Position numbers and translations under genes: made by a program. The notes under the pieces are model-generated. The model was not told the origin of the DNA. It saw only the letters and a list, made by a program, of their open reading frames with translations, and did no database searches. This document shows positions 1-11,924 of a stretch of DNA of 64,000 bases, in pieces (the first letter of the stretch is position 1; every line of letters begins with the position of its first letter). This stretch comes from Octopus sinensis (Eukaryota), in the NCBI RefSeq assembly GCF_006345805.1, contig NC_043006.1, positions 40,424,001 to 40,488,000 on the forward strand, read 5' to 3'.

Positions 1-622
1 AAGGGCATCCAGGCATGAAAGACATGCCAAAGCAGACAGCAGAGCTTGGTGCAGTTTTCTGACTTGACAGTTCCTGTCAAACTGTCCAACCCATACTGTG
101 ATTGGATTCACTTCAACATTTAAATATTCATTTGCCAAAATATTTTCGTCGCTTTGAGACTGCGACCTGTTCACTGACAAAATTCCATGCTGCATCTCAG
201 CACGAAGTGAATCTAACGGTTTTTGTGTTTCTTAAATGGCTTATAAACGCCCTCCATGCAACAATTGTTTTTGTTCCAGCACACGATCTCAGATCAGGTG
301 ACTTGCTATGCAAGTACATCCCCGTAATTATAATTTAGAACAAACCGTAAAAGGTTGTGTGTGTATTTGCATATACATATTAGTGTGAGTGTATACGTAT
401 GTAGACATTGTAAACGCAAGAGGTATTATGCTTATGGCCTGTATTTTTTGTATATTTGTCCACGTATAAGAGTTACTTCCCTTAACGATTTTTTTTCATA
501 ACGTTTGTTGCCAATAAGCTAATGAGAATGTATCGTAGCTCATCGCTCCGACATTTAAAACATCAAGTTCTATAATGACAGCCTTTTGCTGTTTGTTCTA
601 AATTATAACATATATATAAATA

Positions 623-930
623 GGTGCAGGAGTGGCTGTGTGGTAAGTAGCTTGCTTACCAACCACATGGTTCCAGGTTCAGTCCTACCACGTGGCACCT
701 TGGGCAAGTGTCTTCTACTATAGTCTGGGGCCGACCAAAGCCTTGTCAATGGATTTGGAAGACGGAAACTGAAAGAAGCCCTTCGTGTGTGTGTGTCCAT
801 AATTTAGTAGTTCAGCAAAAGAGACTGATAGAATAAGTACTAGGCTTACAAAGAATAAGTCCTGGGGTTGATTTGCTCGACTAAGAGTGGTGTTCCTGCA
901 GTCAAATGACTGAAACAAATAAAAGAATAT
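623..930 (+). mobile_element. tRNA-derived SINE family A
   Basis: GGAGTGGCTGTGTGGTAAG (A box)..GGTTCAGTCC (B box)..CCTTGGGCAAGTGTCTT. Further copies at about 3150-3505(-), 13590-14000(-), 21515-21660(-), 41000-41410(-), 55830-56530, 57300-58035, 60625-61270. Confidence 0.8.
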
Positions 931-1409
931 ATATAAATATGTATCCCATCTCCTTTCTCTGCATGTGTTTGTATGCTTTTGTTCTGTGCCAAAAAGTAGT
1001 TCCCAAAACTGGCTAAATGTCCGGCCAACTACATGAAACGGTCACAGTCCAAACAACTGCATTTCATTGTGTAAGATCAGTGGAATTTGATTTAGAAAAT
1101 CACTTACTCGAAAGACACTTAAGAGTTGGTGACAGGAAAAGCACCCAGCTGTAATAATCCTGCCTCAGATCAGACCCCATACAACCCATGCTAGAAGGGG
1201 GGGGGGGAAACACATTAAATGAACTAATCAATATATACATATGTGCACGTGCATGCACATTTCAATGAATTTGATGTAGAATGTTGTTGTTGCAATCCAG
1301 TTGTCTTTCAAATTAATTCATATTGCAAAGCCAACATCACTCTCTCTCTCTCTTTAATTTTTCTAATGAAAAGTTTCCTTTGTTTTTTTTTTGCTTTTTT
1401 TTTTTACAG

Positions 1410-1515
1410 GTAAATTATATGCTTGGGGCATGGGTACAAACAATCAACTGGCTAGTGGAAACGATGACGATGCTTGGACTCCAAAGCAGATGGGTGGCAA
1501 ACAGCTTGCAGAAAG
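1410..1515 (+). CDS. RCC1: RCC1 penultimate coding exon (phase 1-2)
   Basis: Polypyrimidine+CAG acceptor at 1409, donor AG|GTCAGT at 1516. Reads GKLYAWGMGTNNQLASGNDDDAWTPKQMGGKQLAER, matching the last RCC1 blade (vertebrate RCC1 [33 protein letters not shown], from memory). Confidence 0.93.
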
Positions 1516-2099
1516 GTCAGTACATTACATAAACACATCATCCGACTGACACATTGTCTGGTTTTTGGTCTGATGGACACCAGATTATTATTCTTAATAT
1601 ACTTGTAAAATTAACAAGTGTAGGTTTGTAGTGACTTGACAGGTATTTTTGATTGGTCTTTGTAACATAGTAGTTTAATGCTTTGTATGTTAAATTGGGA
1701 CAAAATTTAACATACTCACACACACAGATGGAAAATGAATACTGCTGTTAAAACATCCAAAATAATGGTTTCTAAGGCAACAAGCCAGCAGAATTGTTAG
1801 AACAGCAAGTAAAATACATAGCAGTGTTTCATCTATTTTTACGTTCTGAGTTCAAATTCTGCCATGGTCGGCTTTGCCTTTCATCCTTTCAGGGCCAATA
1901 AAATAAGTACCAGCTGCATATTGGAGTCAATGTAATTTACTTACACCCCTCCTCAAACTTGCTGGCCTTGCACCAAACTTTGAGATCAATATCAATAGTT
2001 TCTGATTGAGACATGAAGCCAAGAATTTGATGGAAGAGGTTTGCCAACTCCGTTGATCCTAGCATTTGACTGGTCCTTTTTTATTTTAGCTGTTCCAAA

Positions 2100-2490
2100 A
2101 GAATCAAAGTCTGTTAGCCATAGCAAGATTTGAAACCGAAGTGTAAAGAACTGGAACAATTACCTCAAGACATTTTGTCTGGCACTCTGATATTTCTGCC
2201 CATTCCTTGCCCTGATGACATTTAAAAGTTTTGTGTTCCATGCATTCAGCCATTCTAACAAGTACATTATTTACATTTGATGGATATTTGTCCTCATCTT
2301 GTTTGTTATTAACACAACGTTTCGGCTGATATACCCTCCAGCCTTCATCAGGTGTCTTGGGGAAATTTTGAACCTGGGTTCTCATTCCTAAGGTATTTTT
2401 CAATGAAGGCTGGAGGGTACATCAGCCGAAACGTGTTAACAACAAAGATGAGAACTAATATCCGTCAAATGTACATAATTCCTCCTCTCT
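2100..2490. mobile_element. PLE pLTR-like repeat with fold-back
   Basis: 2267-2348 inverted versus 2403-2478; hammerhead in the left arm. Confidence 0.6.
2311..2356 (-). ncRNA. Minimal type I hammerhead ribozyme motif (PLE-type)
   Basis: Minus strand GACAC CTGATGA A GGCTG..CAGCC GAAA CGTT GTGTT: stem I GACAC/GTGTT, 5-bp stem II, loopless palindromic stem III (AACGTT), GUU site. Confidence 0.65.
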
Positions 2491-3792
2491 TAAATATAGA
2501 ACTGTATTCTAACAAGTAGTTTTACCACCACATAAAAAGCACCCAGTACTCAGTGTGAAGTGGTTGGCATTTGGAAGGGTATCTGTCCATAGAAATCATG
2601 CCAAAACAGACAGTAGGGGTCTGGTGCAGCTCTCCAGCTTGCCAAAGTATAGATACTGATGGACGTATAATTAGTCGACAGACAACTTACAGACAGGGCA
2701 GATTGCTGAAAGGGCAATATGTTGACATTTTTTAAAAACAATGAAAATTATGCAAATGTTTTAGACTTAAAAATAAAAGCTATTTATTTATAAAAGGATA
2801 TTAAGTTCAGTTGTCTGCACACGATAGATACTGTTTCCTACTCCCACCCTCTTTCATTCTCCCTCTCCCACCAGTCTGTCTTTCTGTTAGGCTTTATCCA
2901 AAACCCTAAACACAGAACATTTTACAGCTTATAGGTGGCATATATAATAATAAATTTTGGTGCCTGAGGTATATAAAGACAAGGCATAGTGCTTGACATA
3001 GATTGTGATCAGCCTTCATGTCTAACATACAAAGATATTCTTGATGCCTGAGACACACAGAGAGGAGGCTGGACCACTAGGGTACATAGAGATAAGTCAT
3101 GGTAGCTTGAGATCAACTCTGATGCTTGCAGGAGATTGGCAGCTCTCTTACTCTTTCTCTTTTACTTGTTTCAGTCATTTGACTGTGACTATGCTGGAGT
3201 ACCACCTTTAGTCGAGCAAATCGACCCTAGGACTTGTTCTTTGTTAGCCTAGTACTTGTTCTATCGGTCTCTTTCGCCGAACCGCTAAGTTACAGAACAT
3301 AAACACACCAACATTGGTTGTCAAGCGATGTTGGGGGGGAGTAACACACATACATATATACAAAGGGCTTCTTTCAGTTTCCATCTACCAAATCCACTCA
3401 TGGTCGAACCGAGGCTATAGTAGAAGACACTTGCCCAAGGTGCCATGCAGTGGGGCTGAACCCAGAACCATGTGGTTCATAAGCATGCTACTTACCACAC
3501 AGCCACTTTTTTTTTCCCTTATTCTCTTAACAAGGTATCCGATTTCAAAATTAATTATCTGTGGTGTAGCTAGTGGGTAACCCAGGATAGCCCTTGAGTT
3601 TAGCTGTTCCCCCTTTCCCCCATCCATACAAAAAATGTAATGTGTTGCAGTAGTTCCCACAAGTGCCCTCTCTTATAAAAGCAGGCCCAAAAGTACCACC
3701 TAGAACAAGCTGTCCACTACTCCCACCCCACCTTCCAACCTACTGTTAAGAGTGAGGACTTGTTTAACCTTTTCTTTTTCTTCTCTTTGCAG

Positions 3793-3853
3793 GAAAGGAA
3801 TAGCCATTTCAGGTGGAGGACAACATTGTGTGATGCTCTGTAAATCATCCTAA
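3793..3853 (+). CDS. RCC1: RCC1 terminal coding exon
   Basis: TTTGCAG acceptor at 3792. Continues in frame from the phase-2 donor: (R)KGIAISGGGQHCVMLCKSS-stop (TAA 3851-3853), containing the RCC1 C-terminal SxGGQH motif. Confidence 0.92.
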
Positions 3854-4026
3854 CCAAATATATTTTTTTAAATGTCCATCCCTCCCTCTCTCTCTCTGTC
3901 CCTTCCCCTCCACCAACCGTCCTATTGACCATTGTACATTGCTTCATGTTAACCAGAAAGAAAATATAAATTTTTAAAATTTCAGTGTTCATCATGGATT
4001 AAATCCTCGTCATTGTGGTGTGGGTG

Positions 4027-4032
4027 AATAAA
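4027..4032 (+). terminator. Candidate polyadenylation signal of RCC1
   Basis: First AATAAA about 170 nt after the stop; position only, no transcript evidence. Confidence 0.3.
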
Positions 4033-4290
4033 GACAATTTCTCCATTTTTTTTAATTCGTTTCTCTTTCTTTCTTGGCTGAATCCTGCAAATAGCTGTTT
4101 GGCTTCTTGTGGTTTACTTTCAGCCTTCACTGCACTGATAATTTCTTTTTGAAATATACTTAATTTGTTTCAGTTAGAATTTTAAAATAATAAAGTATTT
4201 AGTACAGTAACTTAACCATTATTAAGTTGGTGTCTGGAACAGGAATTAACATGGAATTTTGATGAAAGTTTTTGATTTTTATTGCTCTAA

Positions 4291-5095
4291 CCCTTTAGCA
4301 TTCAAGTGGGCCATATCTACTTGTTTTATGTTCACACTAACCAGATCCAGCCTTTCACACCTACCTTACACTTTTCTATATCTAAAACCCTCTTTGTGAT
4401 CCATTACCTCTCATACGACCTTCTGACACCAATGCGTAGGTGACCGTATCTTCTCTCTTACTTCCTTTCATATTTACAGTCCTTACGTCCTTCCACTGTG
4501 ATAACTTCTCTATCAGTCTCCTCTCCACACCTTTACAGAAAACACAAGCATAACACACAGGAGGGGAGCTATGTGATTTTTGTAAGTTTTTTTTTTTGTG
4601 TGTGTGTCAGAGGGGAATGGGTGGGTTTGGTGTCTGCAGTGGAAGGGAGTGGGTACGGGTTGAGGTCCACTTTGACTGTCCTTCCTCTTCCTCTCCATCC
4701 TTGCTCATCACTTTCCTCCTTCTCTTCCACCATTTCCTCCTACAATGTCATTTTAACCCTTTTGATACCAATCCGGCTGAAACCACCTCTGGCTCTGTAG
4801 TACATATGTCTTGTTTTCATAAGTTCTGAATTAAAATCTTTCACCAAACCTTAGTCACAATCTATGTTCCTAACACGAGCTAAATGACAACTAAGTTATT
4901 TTACTAAATTCTTTGTTATATTTAGAATTAATTGAAAGAAACACAGCATCTCAACAGAAATGTGGTAACGAAAGGGTTAAATCTAAACGATCACATCATC
5001 TGAGTCTCAAAAGCTACACATTAATGATACATAATTTATTCAAAATGTGAATAAATATACATTACATTCGACAGAGTAATCTGAATGTTAAAGGG
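4291..5095. mobile_element. piggyBac-like MITE containing two nested insertions
   Basis: CCCTTTAGCATT..AATGTTAAAGGG ends with (C/T)TAA flanks; inner TTAA-flanked MITE at 4757-4976; ORF1 fragment at 4370-4737. Confidence 0.65.
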
Positions 5096-6455
5096 TTAAA
5101 TATGAATTCTGTATCAAAGGATTGAGAGCAATCTTGGGCATGTCGGTATCTAGAGGGTTCAAATTTTTGCTTGTGAAATAACATGCTAATCATATGCGAG
5201 TCAGTTCTTGCAACCTTCTTATTACTGTATATCTTTACAGATAGGTCAAACCTTTGGTTTGGGTTTGTCAAAGTAGGTGTTTGCGGTTGACTCACACATA
5301 GGTCGCACTATAATCTGGAGAGTTACATGACCCTTTTTAACATAAATGTAACTGATATTTGTTAAATAATATGAAATATTCACTTTTATTTCAAAACTTT
5401 GCTTACAAATATAAGAACATTTTTGCAGAAGTGAGTTTATGAAAGTAGTCCTACAGAAGTTATCTCGTTTAAAATGACTAAGACATGGTGTCACACTCCC
5501 CAAAACACTGGAGCTTCTGAACTAGGGCCCCACCACTGGATCATCATCTTCATTTAACATCCATTGTCCATGCTAGCATGAGTTGGATGGTTTGACTAAG
5601 GCTGGAAGGCTGTACTAAACTCTTGTCTGATTTGGCATGGTTTTCTACAGCTGCATGCCCTTCCTAATGCCAACCACTCCAAGAGTGTAATGGGTGCTTT
5701 TATGTGCCATTAACATAACACTGGTACCTGCCACAACTGCAATTTTTGCTTGGCTTGAAGGGTTTTCTCAAGCATGACATTATGCCAACAATTCAGTTGT
5801 TGCCTCTGAGGCCCAATGCTCATAAGGATCTCTGCCTCTGTGAGGCCTAACACTCAAAAGGAACTCAGCTACTTTGCCTCCGTGAGGTGCAATGCTCAAA
5901 AGGAACTCAGCCACTTTGCCTCCATAAGGCTCAATGCTCAAACAGTGGTCTTCACATGCCACCAGCATAGGTGCCAGTGATGTGACACCAACATCAGCCT
6001 TAACTAATAGTTTCAAATCATACGCAAGACATGGGAGGGTAAATCTCGTCTTTGGACTATTTGTTTTGTGTCAAGGTGCTGGTGCCTAGTAAAAGACACC
6101 CAGTACACTAAGTGGTTGGTGTCAGGAAGGGCATCCAGCTGTAGATACCATCACAATGCAGCCCGGTATGGCTCCAACTGTCAAACCGTCCAACCCATGC
6201 CAGCATGGAAAACTGACAAATGATGGTTGCACAATGAACACCTAAAAAATTCATGTTGTAATATTAAGGGTATTAAATTATTGATTTGTTTTGGGTTCCA
6301 CTAGCTTTTTGTAGCGTATTTAAATATATTTGCTGGATTTTTTGGGGGGTAGGGTTTGCTGATGCCAAATTGTTATTGAACCTTAGAATATTCAAAATGT
6401 TTTGTAATATGAGATCATTAAAGAGTCCTTTGCTAACACAGCTAAATTAACTTAA

Positions 6456-6663
6456 CCCTTTAGTAATTAAACCGGCCAAAATAGCTAATCTGTTTTATGT
6501 TCAAACTGACCAGATCCAGACTCACACCTTACCCTACAATGTTATTCTACATTAAGTAATTACACCATCAACATCTTGAAGATATGAGATAATGCATGAT
6601 TAATTTGAATCAATGGGAATCAATAGGCATTATGCTTGATTGAATAATCTGAACACTAAAGGG
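6456..6663. mobile_element. piggyBac-like MITE (uninterrupted copy)
   Basis: TTAA|CCCTTTAGT...ACTAAAGGG|TTAA, 208 bp; internal sequence homologous to the outer element at 4291. Confidence 0.7.
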
Positions 6664-6894
6664 TTAAACCATGAAACAGGGTCTTCCTTCAAATGACCAC
6701 AACTGAGATACATCTTACAATGGCTACACCAAGAATCTCTGTCCCTTTTCAGCTTTGGTAGATCCTCAATTTCATGCATGTCAAGACAATTACCCCATCT
6801 CCAATATAAGTTTTAAATCACCATAGATTCAATGCAGATGCTAAGAGATTCAAATCTTTCGCTAGGGAACCATTATAAGCTGGTGCTTGTGATT

Positions 6895-7700
6895 TATCAG
6901 ACTGAGTAAAAAGTAAGCAACGTTTTGAAACATGAAATTCCTAACAATGTATTTCAACAATGTGGAAATTTTATTCATCAGAGTAAGTACCATTACAATC
7001 AGCACATTTTTGCCTATGGGTTACAAGTTTATTTACAACAGTAACATAAAAATCTGGTGTTCTGGAGCTGATGAACACTTTGAACGCACTTTCAGCATTG
7101 GTTTGAATTTTGAACTCCTCTCACGGGAAACCATCAAGGTGCTTGAAAAAGTGGTAGTCAGTAGGAGAAAGGTCTGGGGAAGAACATTGTAGCCAAGTTC
7201 CCTCAACTTCTGGAATGTCATTAGTGAGACATGTGGTTGAGCATTGTCATGAAGAATGATTGGCCCTCTTCTGTTGACCAGTCTGGGATGGAGGAGTAGC
7301 AGTTTTTCATTCATTTGGCAATATGTTTCATATCTGCACATTTTCTGATTTTCATTCAAATGTTCTGGTACCCATTTACCGAGCTTTTCTGGTTTTCTGA
7401 TCTCGTAAATGGTTGCAGCAGTTTTCTGGCTAACTCGAAGTTCTTTTGCCAGTTCATGAGTGATTTTATGTGGATCTTTCTCAATGACAGTGTTTAATTG
7501 ACCATCATCAATAACAGATAAGCATCCACTATGCTCACGATCTTGAAGGCTCAAGTCTCCACTCAAAATCGTTTAAACCATTTCCAAGCTGACCACACAC
7601 AATTCATTTTCTCACCAAAAGTTTCATTGTGTTTTTTTTACCTATAAAAGGCGTACATAGATATTAATGTTTCACATTTCTGAAGCACGGCACAAAATAT
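6895..7700 (-). mobile_element. Internally deleted mariner transposase remnant
   Basis: HELAKEL..LGKWVPEHL..IILHDNAQPH then frameshifted PDLSPTDYHFFKHL..NGTYSDE-stop; the first catalytic-Asp region is missing. Confidence 0.85.
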
Positions 7701-7807
7701 GTGGGGACAAATAACAAAATAAAATTACGATAACATGAATGAAAAAATGAAATGATATATAAAAATGTGCTACCTACCCTACCTCAGCAGCATCATTTAC
7801 TTCCTTT

Positions 7808-9190
7808 TTATATCCAGTTCATGTTTATACCCTGTTGTTCTTCTAACTCTCCGTTTTCTATTTCTTTTTGTATTTCCTTTAAATCACAAGACACTTTATA
7901 TCTAAAACCCTCTTTGTAATCTATTACCTCTCTCATACGACCTTCTGGTACCAATGCGCATGGGACCGTATCTTCTTTCTTACTTCCTTTCATATTTACA
8001 GTCCTTGCGTCCTTCCACTGTGATAACTTCTCTATCAGTCTCCTATCCACACCTTTACAGATAACACATGGGAGGGAAGCCATGTGATTTTTGTATGTTT
8101 GTTTTTTTGTGTTGGTGGGGAATGGGAGGGTGTGGGTACAGGTTGGGGTCTTCTGACTGTCCTTCCTCTTCCACTGTTCTTTCCTTCCAGCTACTTTACA
8201 TCCTTCCTCGTCAGTTTCCTCTTCTTCTCGACCTCTTGTGTATGCTGGTTTTTTTGAGGGCAGTCCACTCTAATGTGATCCTTTTAGTCACATTTGTAGC
8301 AGCAAGGGGTTCTGCTCTCTACCCATACCTACTGACACTTTCTGCCAGTTTCTCCCTATTTTCTACTGAAATATGGATCAACATATCCAGAACTTTGCCT
8401 CGCCAATTCCTTACTTCTGTTTCTGTGGCTTGGAGTACAGCCACTTCCTTCTCACTTCCAAGAAGTACTGCCACTGCTACCCAAGCCATGTCTATTTCAG
8501 GTGGGATTCCTTCTACCCTTACCCTGGAAGTTCTTCCAAGGTATGTGGGTAGGAGGACCACCCTTTCTGTCTTCATTGTATTTGCCGAATGCTCCTTTGC
8601 CTTTTCTTTCTCTTTGAAATGCACAACAACAGTACCGTCACTGCTTCCTCTGTCAAGATATAATATATCTTGCCAGATTGGCCTCAATACCTTCTCTATT
8701 TCCTCCGTAGTCTCAGTTTCAATTCTTCTCTCCTTGATTGAATACACTTTATAAACAATTCTGCTTTCTTCCATGTTTTTAAGTACCTCATTCAGTGGTG
8801 ACAATTTCACATCACCACCCTCCTTCTCCAGCATTTTTCCAAAATCCTTCAGGTTTTCCAGACTCACTTCCTTCTTAGTGACACCTGCCACTTCTGCAAA
8901 ACTTTTCCCCTTTAAAGATTTTTCTATTTTGTGAATAGTCCTGATCAGTTCTTCCTCAGACAATGACAATTCTGTTTCAGTCAGGTCCGAATAGAATACA
9001 TTTTCAAACTCAGCCATCTCTCCTCAAAACACTGAGGGACAGCACAATCATACAACTGCTGCAAAGCAGCACAAAACAATACAACCTTTCAATAAACAAT
9101 AGCAAACACTTACTGGAAATCACAGTTGTCCACAGCAAATGTTTCATTGATGTTGCGAGCAGTTTTAGCTGCTTTACATCCTTTTTTTAT
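7808..9190 (-). mobile_element. Pseudogenised retroelement ORF1/Gag-like element without an RT ORF
   Basis: 232-aa ORF 9017-8319 with RRM-like RVRVEGIPPEID; frameshift into CCHC knuckle CYKC-D*KD-H-IRVD-C; C-terminal 91 aa ends at 7808; a homologous fragment lies at 4370-4737. Confidence 0.65.
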
Positions 9191-10159
9191 TAAGTTGAAT
9201 AGCAAAATTGCTCGAATATTGTGCTTTGACAGTTCCATTTCAGATGATTTTAACAACAGTTTACAAAAATATCTATGTTAAATTTATTGATGCATTTGGA
9301 CAGGTCTATATATTATCAGCCAATTGCAAAAAATATGTTTAAAAAAATTCAACTCTTGCCAAAATCTGGTACAACTTCATGGTTCAAAACGTTGCTTATT
9401 TTATACTCAACCTGATTGTATCTTACACTGGACAAGAACTGCAGAATATTAAAGCTTTTGGCTCGGAAATGAATTTGAAGAAAACCGAAGTTATGCTACA
9501 GGTTTGCCCTTGGAAAAGCATAAATGAAACCAAAGATATTAGTAGGAGAAGAAGAATTAAATATGGTGTATATACCGTCAAGGTAATCTTGAAGCTCCTT
9601 TGTAGTCCAGATTTCGTTCCATTGGGAAGACAGTTCTCCTTGCACATTACCTGAAGAAGGTGAACCTTACTAACGTTGAAATATTTGATTGCCAAATATT
9701 CTGAAGCTTCTTACAAGCATTTCAGGCTTAGTCCCTTGCATGTCAAATGACCCTTTTGATAAGAACCTACCTTTGGTTAATGGTGCCTTGTTTTAAAGAT
9801 TTCATTTAAGAACTTGTGTGTAGTTTCAAATTTAGGCACAGGAACAACAGTTTTTGGGGTTTTTTGTTTTTTTTAGTGAAGAGGACGTCGATTACATTTC
9901 TTCCAGTACTTGATTGGCATTTATTTTACTGGCCCCAAAAGGGGTGAAAAGCAAAGTCAGCCTTTGCAGAATTTGAACTTAGGACGTAAAACTTGAAGAA
10001 ATACTGCGAAGCATTTTGTCTGTTAATGATTCTGCCAGCTCACCTTAAAGAATTCAATAAAAAGCATTATAATGATAGAATATTATTGCATCAAGTCTCT
10101 TCAAATATTTGATTGTGTTAAAAATTTATTGAAGCATACAGGCAGAATATTTCGTGTGA

Positions 10160-10365
10160 GCTGGCAGAGATGTTAGCATGCCGGGTGAAATGCTTAGCAG
10201 TATTTCGTCTGTCTTTACTTTCTAAGTTCAAATTCCGCCAAGGTCAACTTTGCCTTTCATCCTTTTGGGGTCGATAAATTAAGTAGCAGTTGCATACGGG
10301 GATCAATCTAATCAACTGGCCCCCTCCCCAAAAATTTTGGGCCTTGTGCCTAGAGTAGAAAAGTG
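10160..10365 (+). mobile_element. tRNA-derived SINE family B
   Basis: GAGCTGGCAGA..GTTCAAATTCC..TTTGCCTTTCATCC..GTCGATAAATTAAGTA. Further copies at about 33780-34160(-), 38135-38580(-), 44255-44700(-), 45545-45865, 61705-61910. Confidence 0.8.
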
Positions 10366-11289
10366 TATTTCGTGTGAGATGTGTTTACAGAATGTTTACT
10401 AAAATAGTGAAATGTATGCAGTTTGGACTCGATCCCTTGGTGGACAATACCTTAAATTTTGACCATTTAAGCAAGATGTGTAAAAACATTTTTTGCAGCT
10501 TGAAATTTTCCAGAAGACAGCAGTGTCAATTACTTATCATTTTACATCACCTTTCTAGGCTGGCATGGGTTAGATGGATCATCACATTTCTAATCTGTTC
10601 TTATTCAGAGCTGCTACTATTATCACCACCACCACCACTACTACTACTACTACTGCAATTAGCATGACCTCTGCCACCACCAGCTACTTCCACTGTTATC
10701 TTGACTATTAAATAGGTGATATTCCCGGTTGCTCTCCAGAAAATGCTTGTTGATCATGTTAATTCATGCCAAAATTCCAAGATAACACACATCCATACAC
10801 ACACGCATTTACATAACCTTGGATGCTCCAGTGGCGATGTCATATGACAATTTCAGAGTTATTTTATCTTTACATCAATTTGTAAGCTTTAAGGCCACCA
10901 ATTTGGAAAGTCTAACATCAAAACGGCAATGTAAATCTCCAAACAATAGCCATAAATATGATTGTAATAATAGTAACTATGACGGTGATGACGACGACGG
11001 TGGTGGTGGTTGTTGTTGCTGTTGTTGTTGTTCTAACATAGGTAGAAGGACAACCAGAAATTTCAGAATTTACTGAATTACTTAGCAACTGAATCAGTGG
11101 AGGCAAAGATGCCTCTCATTTACTTGACAATTTATACACCACATTGCATAAATCACAATCTAAGTATATCTCAAAGCAAACTCTTACACTGTTGTATGAT
11201 TGAATTACAAATAATGCTCAACTTTTATGCTCGGTTGAGCCTACAGCTTCCAAGAGTACAACTGTATTCGTCTTTGTTTAGATAAAATG

Positions 11290-11924
11290 ACTAAATTGTG
11301 GGTGCTAAGTCCCCATGAAGGGGTCTTTGTAACTTCTAAGAAGATGAACTTTTAGAAATATTACTTCATTTCTGTCTAATATCTATGGTTAAAATTTCAT
11401 CAACAGCCAAAAAAATAGGAATTTTCATGGGGGTTTTGGCCCTTATGCATAGAATATAATTTCCAAATTTCATGAAGATCCATTCAGTACTTTTGACCTA
11501 GTTTTGGATCATATAAAATGACTAAAATTTGGGAGTTAAGGCCCCCATTAGGGTGTCTTAGATCCTTATGAGAAATGGAAACTTTGAGAATGCTTCTTGA
11601 TGTGTGTCAATTACCCATGGTTGATATTTCATCAACATCGAAAATTTATGAATTTTAATGAGGGTTCTTCCTCCTTTGAGCCATCTCAAATTCAAACCAA
11701 ACATATTACATCATACCCTCCTTTATGCATTGAATCTAAATTCCAAATATCATGAGGATCCATTCAGTAATTTTGGTCCATGAAATTGTATGAAACATAC
11801 AGCATAACCCTTTTCTCTAGGCTTGGATTTTGTGTTCCAAATTTCATTAGGATTGGTGCAGTAGTTTTCGAATGTATAAGTAACACACGAACACAGATAA
11901 AGACATTGACTTTTATATAATAGA
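11290..11924 (-). mobile_element. Helitron/Helentron-like non-autonomous element with about 230-bp internal subrepeats
   Basis: TCTATTATATAAAA 5' end at 11924; diverged AAAATGACTAAA.. subrepeats at about 11285 and 11516. Confidence 0.4.

Noticed and set aside
6968-6982. CTGATGA on the minus strand as a hammerhead
   Set aside because: It is the mariner C-terminal coding sequence (YSDE-stop); there is no stem I or III.
8068-8754. 228-aa + strand ORF
   Set aside because: Antisense shadow of the ORF1-like element.
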